Assembly: GCA_965367815.1 (NCBI GenBank)
Contig: CBDUKN010000002.1
Coordinates: forward strand, 122,438 to 186,437
Direction: 5' to 3'
DNA length: 64,000 bases
DNA from: an uncultured Thermoprotei archaeon
GTDB lineage: Archaea; Thermoproteota; Thermoprotei; Thermofilales; B15-G2
Shown: piece by piece, positions 9,432-18,785 of the stretch
How the letters are laid out: every line of letters starts with the position of its first letter
How positions within the stretch are numbered: the stretch's first letter is position 1
Notes under the pieces: model-generated
What the model was told of the DNA's origin: nothing
The model's input: only the letters and a program-made list of their open reading frames with translations
Database searches by the model: none
Translations under genes and position numbers: made by a program

Positions 9432-10433
9432 TTACGTGAAATCTAGCAGACTTTTGCCCTTCTTGAGGCGCTTAAGGTGTTTTTCTACTCTCTCTTTATT
9501 AAATCCTCTCTCTACGAGGAACTCTACTACTTCTTTTTCATCAACAGATCTCCACTCGAAGTCGTATACCTTTTTGACAGGAGGATTTAAGTAAAATTTC
9601 TTTATTTCGAACAGAGCTGGGTCAAGTTTCCATCCATAAGCTTTGTATGCCTTTTCTATATTGCCGTATGTTTTGATTATTTTTACTGCTTTGACTATTC
9701 CTACTCCTTTTACTCCTTTGTTGTAGTCTGTTCCTACAAGGAGAGCTATATCTATTAGCTGCTCTAATGTGAGTCTATGTTTTTTCAGTACTTCATCTAA
9801 GTTGACTAACTCGGGTTCTAGTTCTTCTACTAGTCCTCTTTTAGGATAGTATTTTCTGCTAGCTACTGCGAAGTTTAGTACTAGTCTTGGTGCTCCAAAG
9901 AGAAGTGAATCGTAGTCTTGGCTTGCTACGCTGTAAGCTACTCCTTCCTTGACCATCCACGCTGCCTGCGCTTCTGCTTCGCTTGGAGCATCTATGTAGG
10001 GTACTCCCATTAAGTCAAGTAGCTTTTTAGCTTCCTTTACTATTCTTGGAGTTACTTTAGCAGTCATGACAGATCGTCTGAAAGCGAGTGCTATGTCTCC
10101 TGCTTTTAAGGCTTCTCTGTATTTTTGCTCGAATTCTACTTTAATTCTTTTTCTTTCCTCTATAGCTTTCTTCTTGAATACTGGAGGCTCACCGTCGAAG
10201 ACAAATATGGGTTTTATTTTGAGCTCTAGAAAGTTTACTAGTCTATAGAATAGTCCTACTAAGTGACTGGTGACGTATCCATCAGGCCCTGTTAGTGGTC
10301 TGCCGTCAGGGAGCCTTATTATTGAGAGAAATTGGTAGAGGGTATTGAATGCGTCTACTGCTACTATTTTTCCGGAGAAAAAGGATAGAGGTACTCTATG
10401 TCTTACTAAAAGGTCTCCTATCTTAGAGCCTAC
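9432..10433 (-). CDS. fen1: Flap endonuclease 1 (333 aa; apparent start codon GTA)
   Basis: The frame stays open 122 codons upstream of the ORF-track start: (V)GSKIGDLL...AVDAFNTLYQFLSIIR...SHLVGLFYR...FVFDGEPP. Further motifs APSEAEAQAA, SQDYDSLLFG, GTDYN. SD AGGTGA lies 6 nt before the GTA. Confidence 0.92.
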   Translation of the reverse strand, partial: VGSKIGDLLVRHRVPLSFFSGKIVAVDAFNTLYQFLSIIRLPDGRPLTGPDGYVTSHLVGLFYRLVNFLELKIKPIFVFDGEPPVFKKKAIEERKRIKVEFEQKYREALKAGDIALAFRRSVMTAKVTPRIVKEAKKLLDLMGVPYIDAPSEAEAQAAWMVKEGVAYSVASQDYDSLLFGAPRLVLNFAVASRKYYPKRGLVEELEPELVNLDEVLKKHRLTLEQLIDIALLVGTDYNKGVKGVGIVKAVKIIKTYGNIEKAYKAYGWKLDPALFEIKKFYLNPPVKKVYDFEWRSVDEKEVVEFLVERGFNKERVEKHLKRLKKGKSLLDFT

Positions 10434-10489
10434 GTTTTGTCACCTTAAAGAAAAATATTAATTTGAGTAAAAATATCTAGTGAGCAAGT

Positions 10490-11749
10490 TTAATACCATC
10501 CTCTTAGCTTCATTGCAACAGCTACTCGGCGAACAGCTAGGGCCATGGCAGCGTCTCTTAAGACTACCTTTTTGTCTAGTCTTGTCCACTCGTCTACTAC
10601 TCTCTTGAAGGCATCTACCATCTGTCTTTCTAATTTTTCTTTAACGTGGTCTTCGCTCCACTGAGTCCATGTCCAGTTCTGTACCTGTTCGAAGAAGGAA
10701 ACTATAACTCCCCCAGCATTAGCCAGAAAATCTGGTATAACTAGAGCATTTTTCTCCTTGAATAAGTATTCCTCTGCTTCGGGTGTTGTTGGACCGTTTG
10801 CTCCCTCTACTATGAGCTTTGCTTTAATATTCTTCATGTTCTTTGACGTTATTACGTTTTCTAGCGCTGCTGGTACCAGTATATCTACGTCTAGTTCAAG
10901 TAGCTCTTCATTAGTTATTGTCTTCGCGTCTTTATAGCCTACTACGCTTCTCGTCTTCTTCTTGTGCTCGAGTACTTTCTTGGGGTCAAGTCCATCTTTA
11001 TTATATATTCCTCCTTTGGAGTCGCTTACAGCTACTATTTTGAAGCCCATTTCGTGAAGGAATATTGCTGTGTAGGAGCCTACGTTGCCGTAGCCCTGTA
11101 TAGCTACAGTTAGTTCTTCTGGCGATTTTCCTTTAAGAAATTCTTTTACGGCTTCTCTTGTTATTACAGCTACTCCATATCCCGTCGAATATACTCTTCC
11201 AAGAGACCCTCCGAGTTCAATTGGTTTACTTGTGACTACACCTTTTCTTGAAGCACCAACTACTTTTTCGTACTCATCTAAGAACCATGCCATTACCTGC
11301 GCATCTGTTCCTACGTCTGGTGCGGGGACATCTACGTCTGGTCCTATGAAAGGAGCTATTGCTCTAGCATATCCTCGTGTGAGTCTCTCTAATTCTCCTC
11401 GACTTAGTTCCTTTGGATTAACTGCTACTCCTCCCTTTCCTCCTCCTAGTGGTAGTCCTGCTAGTGACACTTTCCATGTCATCCACATAGATAGTGCAAT
11501 GACTTCCTCCATTGTGACACTAGGATGATACCTTATTCCTCCCTTGTAGGGTCCTAAAGCATTATTATGCTGAGACCTATATCCAACGAATACTTTAACA
11601 GAACCATCGTCCATTTTAACTGGGATTGATACTCTAATTACTCTCTGAGGATATTTCAATATCTCTACAGCTTGAGGATCTATTTCAGCTATTTTCGCGG
11701 CTCTTTCAAGCTGCTCTACAGCTACTTGATAAGGATTTATTTCACTCAC
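10490..11749 (-). CDS. gdhA: Glutamate dehydrogenase
   Basis: GPYKGGIRY, GGGKGG, DVPAPDV, QGYGNVG, EGANGP. Likely start is GTG 11749 (ORF track gives 11791). Confidence 0.95.
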   Translation of the reverse strand: MSEINPYQVAVEQLERAAKIAEIDPQAVEILKYPQRVIRVSIPVKMDDGSVKVFVGYRSQHNNALGPYKGGIRYHPSVTMEEVIALSMWMTWKVSLAGLPLGGGKGGVAVNPKELSRGELERLTRGYARAIAPFIGPDVDVPAPDVGTDAQVMAWFLDEYEKVVGASRKGVVTSKPIELGGSLGRVYSTGYGVAVITREAVKEFLKGKSPEELTVAIQGYGNVGSYTAIFLHEMGFKIVAVSDSKGGIYNKDGLDPKKVLEHKKKTRSVVGYKDAKTITNEELLELDVDILVPAALENVITSKNMKNIKAKLIVEGANGPTTPEAEEYLFKEKNALVIPDFLANAGGVIVSFFEQVQNWTWTQWSEDHVKEKLERQMVDAFKRVVDEWTRLDKKVVLRDAAMALAVRRVAVAMKLRGWY

Positions 11750-11931
11750 AATACTATGTGCTAGCTCAAGCTTATTAAAATACTGTGGCAATTAGAGATA
11801 AGACGCTCATAGATAAGCAATTTTTCCTTTTACTAAGTTCTAGTAGTTTATAGTCACTTAACTAAGCCGAAAGAAAAGTAAGGGCTAAAACGTGAATAAG
11901 ATAGTCTCCTTCGTTGACATAAATATTAAAT

Positions 11932-11988
11932 GAAATCAGACGAAAATTCCTTCATCACGGCTCAAGAACCCAACCGCTTCATCATTTC
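11932..11988 (-). ncRNA. Box C/D guide sRNA
   Basis: Minus: ATGATGA-AGCGGTTGGGTTC-TTGA-GCC-GTGATGA-AGGAATTTTCGT-CTGA, with a short terminal stem. Confidence 0.85.
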
Positions 11989-12034
11989 GGTGTTCTCTAC
12001 TTTTATTTATAATAACTGCTTAAGTACTTTTCTA

Positions 12035-12829
12035 CTAGAGTTGTATTTTCTTTATAAGACTTATTGTTCTCTCTATAGACTCTTCTGGCTGTACTCCGGG
12101 CGAAATGTGTTCGAGCGAAATGTATTCCGTATATCCGGCTTTTAGTACTTTAGTCACTGCTTCTTTTAAGTTAAGCGGCTTATAGTAGATATCTGGAATG
12201 TGCACATGTACTATCCAGCTCAAGTATTTTCTGAGTATTTCATCTAAGTTTTCATTTGAACGAACTACGTGCATTAAGTCTACCATTACGCGGACATATT
12301 TAGACGATATTCTTTCAGCTAATTTTACTGCCTCTTCGGTGGTATTAATGAAATTTGTGTCTTCTGAGGGTAGAGGCTCTAGTGCTACGATTACTCCACG
12401 GTTTTCTGCATATTCTCCGGCTTTTCTAAAGAAGTCTACTGCCCATTCTTCAGCAGTTTTTCTGGGGACTTCAGGAGGTATTTCTCTTTGCTTAGGGCTT
12501 CCCACTACAATTATTTTTGCTTCTAAGTCGACCGCCAAATCAATCACATCAAATGTATGCTTTAAGGCCTCCTTTCTTTTCTCCTCTGACTTCGAGAAGA
12601 GTTTAAGCCCTGGCGGCGACGCGTAAATCCAGTGAAGAGCGCATATTTCAAGGCCCCTTGATGAAAAAACTTCCTTTATTTTTGCTCTCTCGCTTGTCGA
12701 CAAGTCTGAGGGTTTTGTGCAGAAAGTGAAATGCGCTAATTCTACTCCTTGGCAGCCTACTTTCGACGCTACTTCAGCTGCTTTAGTTAAATCTCTTCCT
12801 ATAATTTCATTACATATACTGAGCTTCAT
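12035..12829 (-). CDS. Sugar phosphate isomerase/epimerase (xylose-isomerase-like TIM barrel)
   Basis: GSPKQR, ALEPL, D-x-x-H, HVH and ISLE metal ligands. Confidence 0.88.
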   Translation of the reverse strand: MKLSICNEIIGRDLTKAAEVASKVGCQGVELAHFTFCTKPSDLSTSERAKIKEVFSSRGLEICALHWIYASPPGLKLFSKSEEKRKEALKHTFDVIDLAVDLEAKIIVVGSPKQREIPPEVPRKTAEEWAVDFFRKAGEYAENRGVIVALEPLPSEDTNFINTTEEAVKLAERISSKYVRVMVDLMHVVRSNENLDEILRKYLSWIVHVHIPDIYYKPLNLKEAVTKVLKAGYTEYISLEHISPGVQPEESIERTISLIKKIQL

Positions 12830-13971
12830 TTTTTCACTTTTCCGATAAGTATTTTGACTGGCAGAGCGTACTCAAGATATTTTTGCGAGACTTTTGCTTC
12901 AATATAGTTTCCTCTATGTATGTATATTCTGTACTTCAGCTTCAGTGTTTCGTCTTTCTGTAGCTCATAGCATCCTGGGAAATCAGGGAATCTAGATGAG
13001 ATATTTGGACAGAACATGCCGTAGTCTCTTACATGCCAATGACACGGGTGTCTAATATTATCAGGATGGTCAAATATAGCGTAGCCAGCTGTCACACCAT
13101 CTATTATCCCGTAGTAATCGCACCAGTCAGCTCTTTTACCCCATACGTTTTTCTCGTATTCTCTTCCTTCTGAATCGACTATTTTTCCTCCATCTTTTAC
13201 GTCTATTTCATCAGCTACTCTCGTCGCGAATATTCCTCCTTCTTTTGTGTCATAGAAGACTACGATGTCTTGTAAAGCTTTGAGCATAATTGTGATATCG
13301 AGTATTCTGGCTTCAGGCGGTAAATTGTAGGCTTTTATTGTTCTATAGTCCTGAAGCAGGGGAGTTCCTTCAGGTGTAATCCATTTTGATTTTGTTTCAA
13401 TATAAGCTAGTACGGGTCCTTCGCTTATTTTCAATACTTCTTCATGGACTATTTTACCGCAGCCTTCTTTTTCTGCCCAGAAATCATATCCATTTACGTC
13501 TCCGAAAGCTACCCATATTGACTTATGGTGAGGGTGGTCTTCTGGAGCAAGTTGAGTTAGAGACTTGTCTACTGGCCCTAAGATGGGGTACAAGTATGGT
13601 TTGTATCCTTCTTTGTTGTAGACATATTTTGTGAAAAGCTTATCTTCTATTCTGACTTCAAGGCATTCACTGGTTTCTAGTATTTTGCAGGCACCTGGTG
13701 CTTTGAGTGAGGGCTTGTCGCTGTACTCGAACGCTAGCGTGTAGTGCTTTTCTTCATTTGGCTTAGCTTCATTTTCAATCCAATATATCTTGTACACTGA
13801 GTCTGCTAAATATACAGCTTGACATGGTAATTCTTTTCCAGTTTTCTTTTCAGTAAGTTTAAGTGAGCTTACATCAATGTACTTAGCAGAGGGGAGTTTG
13901 AGTAGTGCTTCTAACGGAGTATTTTCATACTGTGTTTTATCAAATTTTACTATAATATTTACTTCAGGCAA
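12826..13971 (-). CDS. DUF6807 (so-called PmoA family) beta-sandwich protein
   Basis: KPYLYP, DHPHHKSIW, WCDYYG, FDHPDN, WHVRDYG. Confidence 0.8.
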   Translation of the reverse strand: MPEVNIIVKFDKTQYENTPLEALLKLPSAKYIDVSSLKLTEKKTGKELPCQAVYLADSVYKIYWIENEAKPNEEKHYTLAFEYSDKPSLKAPGACKILETSECLEVRIEDKLFTKYVYNKEGYKPYLYPILGPVDKSLTQLAPEDHPHHKSIWVAFGDVNGYDFWAEKEGCGKIVHEEVLKISEGPVLAYIETKSKWITPEGTPLLQDYRTIKAYNLPPEARILDITIMLKALQDIVVFYDTKEGGIFATRVADEIDVKDGGKIVDSEGREYEKNVWGKRADWCDYYGIIDGVTAGYAIFDHPDNIRHPCHWHVRDYGMFCPNISSRFPDFPGCYELQKDETLKLKYRIYIHRGNYIEAKVSQKYLEYALPVKILIGKVKK

Positions 13972-13975
13972 TTTT

Positions 13976-15082
13976 TCACCTTGATATGGCTTTCTTTTCT
14001 GATAATTCTTTTAATACTTCTTCGTATTCGTTTCGATCTACAGGAAGCGTTACTTCTTTTTTCTTTACGCTCGACAATATTATAGCATTTACTATTTCTA
14101 GAGATTTCAGAGCTTCTTCTCCTGTTACCATGGGTTCTTTGTCGAATAAAATTGCTTTAGCGAAATCTTCTAACACTACTTTATGTCCCCATTCGCGTTT
14201 AACTTCTTCTAGGCTTATTTTCTTTGAAGTATAGGTTGGTGACTCCCACTTGGCTAGTTTCTTTATTGACTCTTTTATTGGAATATTGTTGTAATAAATT
14301 GTGGCTACATCATTTTCGATTATTACAGCTTTTTCGTCTCCTCGTATTTCTATTCGTAGTTCGCCAGGTGTATCAATGCTACTTACTTGAATAGTGCCGA
14401 GTGCACCGTTTTCAAACTCTATTGCAGCCGAAGCAATGTCTTCTACTTCTATTTCATGAGCGATAGTATTAATAAAAGCACGTATTCTTTTCACTGGAGT
14501 TTTTGTGAGCCATTGGAAAAGGTCTATGAAGTGTATTGCTTGATTTATTAGTACTCCTCCGCCTTCTGTTTTCCATTTTCCTCTCCAGGCAGCGCTTTGA
14601 TAATATGACTGCGTTCTATAACATAGATAAGTTAGCTGTGCTCTCAGAAGCTCTCCTATGCCTTCTTCGTCTATAATTCTTTTTACCTCTTGGTAAAGAG
14701 GATTTGTTCGATTCTGGAATACCACAGCTAGTTTTACCCCCTTCTTTTTCGCCGCATTTATCATTTCGTCTGCTTCTTTAACAGAAATAGCGATCGGCTT
14801 TTCGACCAAGACATGAGCTCCAGCTTTAATAGCATTTATTGTAATAGTGGCATGTAAAAAGTGCGGGACGCATACTGATACAGCATCCAGCTTTTCCTTC
14901 TCTATCATTTCGATATAATCGGTGTAAGTTTTTACTCCGTACTCTTCTTTAGCTTGAGCAAGAAATTGCTCGTTGACGTCAGCTACTGCCACAAGATCTA
15001 ATTCGGGGATTTTCAGCGCACATTTGACGTGTTCTCTGCCTACGCCACCAATTCCAATTACGCCATACCTTATTTTACTCAA
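13976..15082 (-). CDS. Gfo/Idh/MocA oxidoreductase
   Basis: GVIGIGGVG, HVLVEKP, WRGKWKTEGGGVLINQAIHFID. Confidence 0.93.
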   Translation of the reverse strand: MSKIRYGVIGIGGVGREHVKCALKIPELDLVAVADVNEQFLAQAKEEYGVKTYTDYIEMIEKEKLDAVSVCVPHFLHATITINAIKAGAHVLVEKPIAISVKEADEMINAAKKKGVKLAVVFQNRTNPLYQEVKRIIDEEGIGELLRAQLTYLCYRTQSYYQSAAWRGKWKTEGGGVLINQAIHFIDLFQWLTKTPVKRIRAFINTIAHEIEVEDIASAAIEFENGALGTIQVSSIDTPGELRIEIRGDEKAVIIENDVATIYYNNIPIKESIKKLAKWESPTYTSKKISLEEVKREWGHKVVLEDFAKAILFDKEPMVTGEEALKSLEIVNAIILSSVKKKEVTLPVDRNEYEEVLKELSEKKAISR

Positions 15083-15130
15083 TGTTCTTCCCAGTAGTTG
15101 TCACACATAATACAAATAAATGACTTCTGC

Positions 15131-15775
15131 CTAAGAGGTCTTTTTCCTACATGGTTTGAAGAAATATTTTTTCAAAAGCAGTTTTCCTGCCTCTATAAAT
15201 CCTTCTTTTTTAGCTGTTTTAGCCACTTCTACCCAGTCTATTTTCGCTAATAAGTAGGTAGCTATGAGACATAGTACTACGAGAATTATCGTTGACCACA
15301 AACTGTTTACACCCATATATTCGGTCATTAAATATAAATAACTTTTACTAAATATACATAAACCTACGGTAAGGATGACTTTTCCTATAGTACAGGCAAT
15401 AAAGTATTTTACTATGTCGTAGCCCATGAAGCCTACAGGAATATAGAGCAGATCATCGGGTAGAGGAGAAGCTGCAAAAAGTACTATTGCTAGGAAAAGG
15501 TATTTTTGTACAAGTTCTCTGAAAGCATCTAATCGGGCTTTCGTTTCCTTGCTAACAAATCTTCTAGTTAAGGAGGGAATCAAGTAGATTATTATTTTGC
15601 CTACAGCTGCACCTACGCCACTTATGATTCCCACTATTATGGGGTTTCCGCAGTTAGCTGCGTACACAGCTACTACAAGGAGATAGGGCAAGCCTACGAA
15701 AGGTATTGAGTTGGCTATGAGTGATAGAATAAAGATTCCAAGTAGACCCATCTCTTCTAGTCCCTGTAAATACAC
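15131..15775 (-). CDS. DedA/VTT (SNARE-associated) membrane protein
   Basis: GAAVGKIIIY, FAASPLPDD, GK motif; multiple TM helices. Confidence 0.85.
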   Translation of the reverse strand: MYLQGLEEMGLLGIFILSLIANSIPFVGLPYLLVVAVYAANCGNPIIVGIISGVGAAVGKIIIYLIPSLTRRFVSKETKARLDAFRELVQKYLFLAIVLFAASPLPDDLLYIPVGFMGYDIVKYFIACTIGKVILTVGLCIFSKSYLYLMTEYMGVNSLWSTIILVVLCLIATYLLAKIDWVEVAKTAKKEGFIEAGKLLLKKYFFKPCRKKTS

Positions 15776-15877
15776 AAGTGGATTAGTGATTGGTTAAAAT
15801 ATAGCTTTCGAAAGACTTTTATTATATAATGAATCTAGGAAACCGTTAATACAATATTTTCTCTAATTTAGTTAAGT

Positions 15878-16531
15878 ATGAAGCCTATTATCATTAAGGT
15901 AGATCCTAAAAAGCCTAATCGAGATGCTTTACGTAGAGTTGCAAAAATTGTTAAAGCAGGAGGAGTTGTTGTTTATCCAACAGACACTGTTTATGGTCTT
16001 GGAGCAGATCCTTTTAACACTGAGGCTGTAGCTAGAGTCTATAGAGTAAAGAAAAGGAGCTTTCATAAACCTCTACCAGTGCTGGTTTCTGGCGTAGAGT
16101 ATGCACGTGAAGTAGTCTATGTGTCTCCCTATGCCGAGAAATTAATGCAAGTTTTTTGGCCTGGGGCGTTAACTTTAGTTTTGCCCAAAAAAGAAAACGT
16201 ACCAGATATAGTCTCCGGTGGAAAAAAGAATCTAGCTGTCCGCATGCCTAACCATATTGTAGCTTTAGCTCTAATAGAGCTTTGCGGAGGATGCCTTATA
16301 GGGACTAGCGCCAATATTTCAGGTAAAGAATCCCCTAGAACCCTGGAAGATGCCTTAGAACAGATAGGTTCTGAAGTAGATGCTGCAGTTGACGCAGGAC
16401 CCTGTCCTCATGGAATTCCTTCAACAATACTCGACTTAAGTAAGGAAAAACCGATTATTTTAAGAAAAGGTCCTATTTCTAAAGAAGAAATTGAGAAAGT
16501 TTTGAGAACTGAAATAGAGGTACTCAGTTAA
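15878..16531 (+). CDS. sua5: L-threonylcarbamoyladenylate synthase (Sua5/TsaC)
   Basis: PTDTVYGL, KxR...KP, WPGALT, TSANISG; YrdC domain only. Confidence 0.93.
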   Translation: MKPIIIKVDPKKPNRDALRRVAKIVKAGGVVVYPTDTVYGLGADPFNTEAVARVYRVKKRSFHKPLPVLVSGVEYAREVVYVSPYAEKLMQVFWPGALTLVLPKKENVPDIVSGGKKNLAVRMPNHIVALALIELCGGCLIGTSANISGKESPRTLEDALEQIGSEVDAAVDAGPCPHGIPSTILDLSKEKPIILRKGPISKEEIEKVLRTEIEVLS

Positions 16532-16532
16532 T

Positions 16533-16555
16533 AAGACCCTAGTCGCTAGGTTTTT
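16533..16555 (+). terminator. Hairpin plus U-tract after sua5
   Basis: CCTAG-TCG-CTAGG followed by TTTTT right after the stop codon. Confidence 0.35.
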
Positions 16556-16564
16556 ATCGCATTA

Positions 16565-17005
16565 ATGTTTCACTTTCCTGTGGACGCGCCGCAAACTCAT
16601 TTAAAAGCAAACAGCGATCTTCTAGGAAAGCCTATAGAAATAGTAACTGAAGATCATTCTGTAGTAGAGCTGAAAACTTGCGAAGAAATGGTAGTTGACG
16701 AAAAAGGGCTTATTCACGGAGGCTTTATTTTCGGCCTTGCTGATTACGCTGCTATGCTAGCAGTAAATCACCCATACGTTGTCTTAAAGAAAGCTGAAGT
16801 TAAGTTTATAAGACCGGTAAAAGTCGGCTCAACTCTATTAGCTGAAGCTAAAGTTGTTGCGAGAACACTAAACACTAAAGGAAGAGAAGAAAGACTAGTT
16901 GAAGCTATTGTAAAGCGCAAAGAAGATGGAGTGAGAGTATTTGAAGGAAAATTTACTTGCGTTATTCTACCTAAACATGTTCTAGACCTTGTAAAGGAAA
17001 AATAG
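16565..17005 (+). CDS. PaaI-family hotdog thioesterase
   Basis: GLIHGGFIFGLADYAAM, F.RPVKVG. Confidence 0.88.
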   Translation: MFHFPVDAPQTHLKANSDLLGKPIEIVTEDHSVVELKTCEEMVVDEKGLIHGGFIFGLADYAAMLAVNHPYVVLKKAEVKFIRPVKVGSTLLAEAKVVARTLNTKGREERLVEAIVKRKEDGVRVFEGKFTCVILPKHVLDLVKEK

Positions 17006-17510
17006 CTATTTTTCTATACCTATCTCCGGCCTCGTAGTATATTAATTCCTTAACTGTAGTTGTTACCGATATTTTTTCACAGGCTTTTAGTATTTTCTCA
17101 GCTATTTTTGATGCATAAACGTAGTCTTTACCTCTGTATCTAGCGAAAGTTGCGTGAGGTAGAAAGTTCTCTAAGTACTTGTCCGATATTTTTATTCCAT
17201 GCTTATTACAAAAATCAATTAGAGCTATTCTAAGTTCTTTTATTTTTTCTTCACCATATGTAATTTTCGCGGCAATTACTCTAGGCTTTGTGAGTGATGG
17301 TATTGGTATAGCTCCTTTTAAAACTACTTTAAATTGCTGAAAACACAGTAAGTATAGTGAAAGCTCCCTTAATAGGTACCGCGGTATTTTTGTTTTACCT
17401 AAATAGAGTAAAGTTATATGATGTTTTTCTACAGGCTCTTTAATAAAAGGAGGTTTTACTTGACTGCAGAAAAGTGATAAATCTACTTCTATTCCTATGA
17501 AAAACGTCAT
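16971..17510 (-). CDS. thpR: RNA 2',3'-cyclic phosphodiesterase (2H phosphoesterase)
   Basis: Two HxT motifs (HHITL, PHATF) and PRVI. Confidence 0.85.
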   Translation of the reverse strand: MTFFIGIEVDLSLFCSQVKPPFIKEPVEKHHITLLYLGKTKIPRYLLRELSLYLLCFQQFKVVLKGAIPIPSLTKPRVIAAKITYGEEKIKELRIALIDFCNKHGIKISDKYLENFLPHATFARYRGKDYVYASKIAEKILKACEKISVTTTVKELIYYEAGDRYRKIAIFPLQGLEHV

Positions 17511-17512
17511 CG

Positions 17513-18772
17513 TTAGGGTATAAGTCTGTGAATGTCTCGTGGAAATAGCACTACTTCTCTTACGTTGTTGAAGCCGAGCATTTTTATCAGTAGTCTTTCG
17601 AGGCCTAGACCAAAGCCTCCGTGGGGAGGCATGCCGTACTTAAATGCGTTTAGATAGAATTCAAAGTCCTCGGGACTAAGTCCTTTATCTTTAATGTTTT
17701 TAACTAGCTCTTCGTATCTGTGTTCTCTTTGTCCTCCCGAAGCAATTTCTAGACCTTTATAGTCTAAGTCGAATGCTTCGCTAAGCTCGCCTTTCCTCAT
17801 AATATAGAAGGGTTTTACTTCCCAAGGATACTCTACAATGAAGTATAGCTCGTGTCCCTCTTTCAGCATTTCTTCTCCTAGAGCAGCTTCCTCGCGGTCG
17901 CTGAAATCTTCGCCCCACTTCACCTCAATTCCTTTATTTTTCAATATTTCCAATGCTTCTTTATATGTCAGTCTTTTGAAAGGCTTTGATGGTACATTAA
18001 CTTTCACATTTAATATTTCTAATTCCTTTGCACACTCTTTTGATACCTTGCTTATTATGTAATGCACTAGGTCTTCTAATACTCTCATTACATCTTCTTG
18101 AGATTCTATGAACGCTAGTTCGCAGTCTATGCCCCAGCATTCGTTTAAGTGTCTCGTTGTATGGAATTTTTCTGCTCTAAAATATGGTGTTATTTCATAT
18201 ACTCGTGGAATTCCAGCCATAAGCATTTGCTTATAGAGCTGAGGGCTTTGAGCTAGGAAAGCTTTTCTACCAAAATAGTCTAATGTGAATAGCGTAGCTC
18301 CTCCTTCAGCGCCAGCTCCACATATTTTGGGGGTGTGTACTTCGAGAAACCTTCTTTCTTCGAAGAACTCTCTGGCAAACTTTAGGGCTTTAGCTCTTAT
18401 TTTGAAAATAGCTCTTTCTTTTAGTGTTCTTAGGAGAAAGTACCTGTACTCTAACCTGGTGTCAAAGAGAATTTCCGTTTTTCCGCTGGGGTCTACAGGC
18501 AGCACGTCCACAGGATTTGATACAATTTCTATTTCTCTTGCAAGGAGTTCTACTCCTTTGCGGCTTACTGCTTTTTCCGGAATAATTCCTGTGACTTTTA
18601 TTGCCGCACCTAATTTAGCCTTTTTTGCAGTCTTCCAGGCGTCTCTAGAAAAGTTTTTCTTTGCTACTACTGTAATTATTTTTAGGTCTGTATTTGGAAT
18701 TACTTCTAGGAAAACTATTCCTCCAATATCCTTTTTCTCATTTATATATCCAAGTATTTTCGCTTCAGACAT
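17513..18772 (-). CDS. aspS: Aspartate-tRNA ligase (archaeal, probably non-discriminating)
   Basis: AEGGATLF, LAQSPQLYKQ, FRAE..HTTRH, GMPPHGGFGLGLER. Confidence 0.93.
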   Translation of the reverse strand: MSEAKILGYINEKKDIGGIVFLEVIPNTDLKIITVVAKKNFSRDAWKTAKKAKLGAAIKVTGIIPEKAVSRKGVELLAREIEIVSNPVDVLPVDPSGKTEILFDTRLEYRYFLLRTLKERAIFKIRAKALKFAREFFEERRFLEVHTPKICGAGAEGGATLFTLDYFGRKAFLAQSPQLYKQMLMAGIPRVYEITPYFRAEKFHTTRHLNECWGIDCELAFIESQEDVMRVLEDLVHYIISKVSKECAKELEILNVKVNVPSKPFKRLTYKEALEILKNKGIEVKWGEDFSDREEAALGEEMLKEGHELYFIVEYPWEVKPFYIMRKGELSEAFDLDYKGLEIASGGQREHRYEELVKNIKDKGLSPEDFEFYLNAFKYGMPPHGGFGLGLERLLIKMLGFNNVREVVLFPRDIHRLIP

Positions 18773-18785
18773 AGTTTTACCTCTT

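Noticed and set aside
12826-13971. Particulate methane monooxygenase PmoA
   Set aside because: This is a soluble protein without TM helices, and no pmoB or pmoC is present. The family name is a known misnomer.
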